This document shows positions 60,776 through 64,000 of a stretch of 64,000 nucleotides of DNA, one piece after another. The translations under genes were made by a program, and so were the position numbers. Under the pieces are notes generated by a model. It worked only from the letters and a program-made list of their open reading frames with translations. It was not told where the DNA came from and did not search any database. Origin of the DNA: Anthoceros angustus (Eukaryota > Plantae > Anthocerotophyta); the NCBI GenBank assembly GCA_010909165.1, contig VJWM01000068.1, forward strand, positions 558,001-622,000. Reading direction: 5' to 3'. Each line of letters begins with the position of its first letter. Positions within the stretch are counted from its first letter, which is position 1.

Positions 60776-63700
60776 ATATTCACACAGAACATATCACTCC
60801 TTGAGTCCTTGTGCACAGAAGACAAGGCTCTTAGAGATGGGACAATTGATGATGCAACACAATTATGTATTGAAGCATCATTGGAAACCGAAGGCGAGTG
60901 CTAGTCTTCTGTCATCATCGTTGCACCAACAACAAAAAACAAGGATTGAATAAAACGCTGAATCTTCACTACTTACAACTGGCAGCAATGTAAGCAACGC
61001 GGCACCAAAATCCTTAATTGCCATCAGAATTGCGCCGATCTATCGATCCTTAATTTCCGGTGGATTGCGTCGACGCGTGCATCCTTCAGTGCATTGGATT
61101 CAATCGTTCGAACAATTTTCAGTTCGAAGGTTGATTTGCTACCAATGGATTTCCGCCACTTAGGCAAGGCAACGTTACGCCAGTCCAAGTATGCTTACGT
61201 ATGAAAGATTCATTTTTCGAACAGAAATTCCTTGCCTCATATGCTATATGTTGATGAGTTGCAGAGAGGGAATTTGAAATGTGACAATTGGAGGCTATTC
61301 ATGAGCAACGAGGACGGACTGTCTTGAGTATTGGCGGATGACATAGGGTAACACTCAATGGAGGACCAGGCAAGAGGCATTGCAAATATATACAAATTAT
61401 TGTTTGAGCATGTACACGATTCTAAGCACATTGCTAGACTCGAGGCCCGGAATGGTGCGTGGACAATTTACAAGTATCCACTGACTAAGGTACAAAGTGA
61501 GGCAATGATGACATCATTGCCTCACTTTGTACATTATGTGTAACCCACTTTTTCGGATACGATCTTACAGTAGAGTAGAGGAACAACAGGGATCAAAGAC
61601 TAGCGCTGGCTTTAATTCTTTATTAGCCATCTTGACCATCCATCTTCAAGGGCTTCTGGCCCCCAAAGTCAAAAGGGATTAATCATAGTTTTGTTGCAGA
61701 CGATCGGCTCTGCTGAACATTGGTGGTGATGCCAAAGCCTTGTGCGGTTGTTTTGAAATACCTGTGTGGAGCCTAATGGACATGCACATAATGACTCCAT
61801 GCAACAAAAGGTTGTGCCATCGGAGCCTTGAACTAAGTGGTCGTCTAGTGGGTTGCTTAAGGTCCAGCCCTGTCGTCGGCGGTCATGCTTATGTTTTGCA
61901 TCGTTTGTCCTCTGAGCTGCTCAAAGAAGAGCAGAACCATAACTCTTCTCCTATTCGTTCGTGTCGATGATCAATGATTCTCGTCTTTTATCGCAAATTT
62001 GCAATAATATTACACCAAAAAAAACAAGCACAAGGCAAGGTAGCAAATGTGCAACCAGTAGTTGCAACACCAAGAAAGGGTGTCAAGTCAACAACCAAAG
62101 GTGATACGAACACAACAATTTCAAGTAGTACATGCTATCTGTGCAATGGCAGAGATAAATGAGATGCACTACATAGATTGAAGTGGCGTTCCTGGAAACC
62201 CAAAGAGAAGAATTACAATGAAGAAAAACGCTTTGTCATCCGATGATATGTTTGAAAGTCTGACTACGTACAGACTTAATGAATGCAAGTGGTACATACC
62301 ATCTTTGCAATGGCAAAGATAGATGACATGGACTCCGTAGATTGAATTGGCATTCATGGAAGGCCAAACTGAAGAATGACAATGAAAAAAAACTCTTTGT
62401 CATCCTATGATATGTTCAACAATCCAACCATGTACAAACTCGATGAAGACTAAGATAGGGAAAAATGAACCCTAAGCTTCCGTCAACAGCAGCGCAAGGC
62501 ATAAGTCCACTATGGCATGTCGGGACTGCTTGTAATGCCAATTGGTGGTGGTCAAAGTCTTTGCTATCAGGTAAGGCTTAGATTGACTACTTGCTGTGTT
62601 GCATGTAGACAAGGCAGCTGGCCTTAGCTGACTGAAGGTGCATGTCAGCTTTCTGGCATATTATGCCCAGGTAAGACAGAAGTTGTATCGCCTCTGCTGT
62701 CCCTCATCTTGGATCAAGTTGTGGAATTGGTCGAGTGGTACGCCATCCCTGCTGCGTTGCAAGGTGTTGGACCTTGACACGATTATGTACCAGATATCCA
62801 TGGTCATCTTTTTCTGGCTCCCCATATACTGTTATGTACCATATAGGGGACTAGGGACCCCCTGCGATTAGTGAACTCCACCAGGGAATCGGCTACAAGC
62901 GATCTAGACGATTTTTATTGCGCGCTGCAGATGAGGGCTCGAACTAAGCGAATAACATGCCTTAGACGTGCATTAGACAAACGGAGAAAAGGCGAACTTG
63001 CAGAAGATTCTTCTACTGTTTATTTTAGTGATTGTTGTTGGGTTCGTGATACCATTACGATCCCGGGCTCGAATCTTGTTCTCGGCCGCGAGAATGCTAG
63101 CCCCGGGCCAGATGGTCCTCGGGTTAGTAATAATCCTCGTCCAAACATTTCGACCAAATTAAAATATAATTTCACGTTTGTCCAAACGTGTATAAAGGAG
63201 GCGCGGCTGCAGCGGGTCGTGAACTCGCAGGAAGCCCCATGCAAGTGCAGGGTTTCCGTGCGCCGTTTTAGCTCAGAAGTGGGCGGAATTTGACCTCCCG
63301 CTTCCCTTCCTTCCCTGTTGGCGCCATCCAAAAGCAGGCCGCTGGTGTTGGATGACCTAATTTGAACCTGACTTGGGCGTGACATGGCGAGGCCAATGCC
63401 ACAGGTGTTGGAAAACGCACTTTGAACGCGACCAAAGCAGCAGGAGGCCATGGCTGCAGGTGACGAGAGAAGGAGGCGGCAGGTGCTGAGTAGGGCGTCC
63501 TTCAGCCGCGTAACGTTGAACGCCATCGTTACTGCGCAGGATTTGGAGGACGGATTCGGCTGGATCGGGGCGGGTGAAGCTGTTGTGTGACCATGAGGGC
63601 ACCCTCCCGATCCAGCAGAATTCATCCTGGATTGAGACCTTGGTCGTTCAGACCGATGCTGCTGAAGTAGGCCCTATCCAGTACCTGCCGCCTTGTTCGA

Positions 63701-64000
63701 TTTTTGAGAAGTCTGAAAGACGAGGTGTAGCCTAACAAGGGCTAATGTTGGAGCCTGGGGATTCTCTGCTTTGCGAGGGGCGCCATCGCCACTCACAGAG
63801 GTCTGCAAGTGGACTGGGCAGCCTTTGCCCTCGAGGCCCAGTTCTGGGGCAGAAGGGCCATGCCCAGAGGAAGAGCCGATCCTGTGAGGCCGGATGCGGC
63901 CAGGCAAGGAGAAGGAGAGGTCGCCCGGAACGCTCCGGATCCCGATGTGGCGCGGGAGGGTACTGGTAGTGAGAATCATGCAGTGGAGGTGGAGGCGAGG

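Noticed and set aside
62870-64000. Gene at the right edge of the window
   Set aside because: GC-richer and possibly genic, but no frame gives a recognisable protein and it is cut off by the window end.

Overview
Eukaryotic, gene-dense plant nuclear DNA with short GT-AG introns; a hornwort, other bryophyte or lycophyte is inferred, not proven. 0.4-20 kb: a duplication-shuffled cluster of MED15-derived genes (KIX domain plus Q-rich region; three on +, one on -, and one orphan tail exon), interleaved with an intact NOP14, a NOP14 pseudogene and a NOP14 fragment. The best-preserved MED15-like copy (6401-9037, about 693 aa) lacks the normal Mediator-binding C-terminus and ends in a basic NLS-like patch plus a C-terminal transmembrane helix, i.e. 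a candidate membrane-tethered KIX protein; this is the most unusual signal in the window. 20-41 kb: class III peroxidase, an orphan coiled-coil ORF, degenerate repeats, a BTB/POZ gene, HOZ (HugZ-like heme protein), an RS-subfamily SR splicing factor with a poison-exon intron, and a chloroplast alpha/beta hydrolase. 41-61 kb: a 21-bp minisatellite interrupted at one site by two retroelement-like insertions, a CRE-like RLE non-LTR element (10-bp TSD) and a TG..CA element with a 5-bp TSD but no visible gag-pol. Both are internally repeated with many 1-bp indels, probably partly long-read assembly artefact. All family assignments come from motifs recalled by eye; no searches were run.
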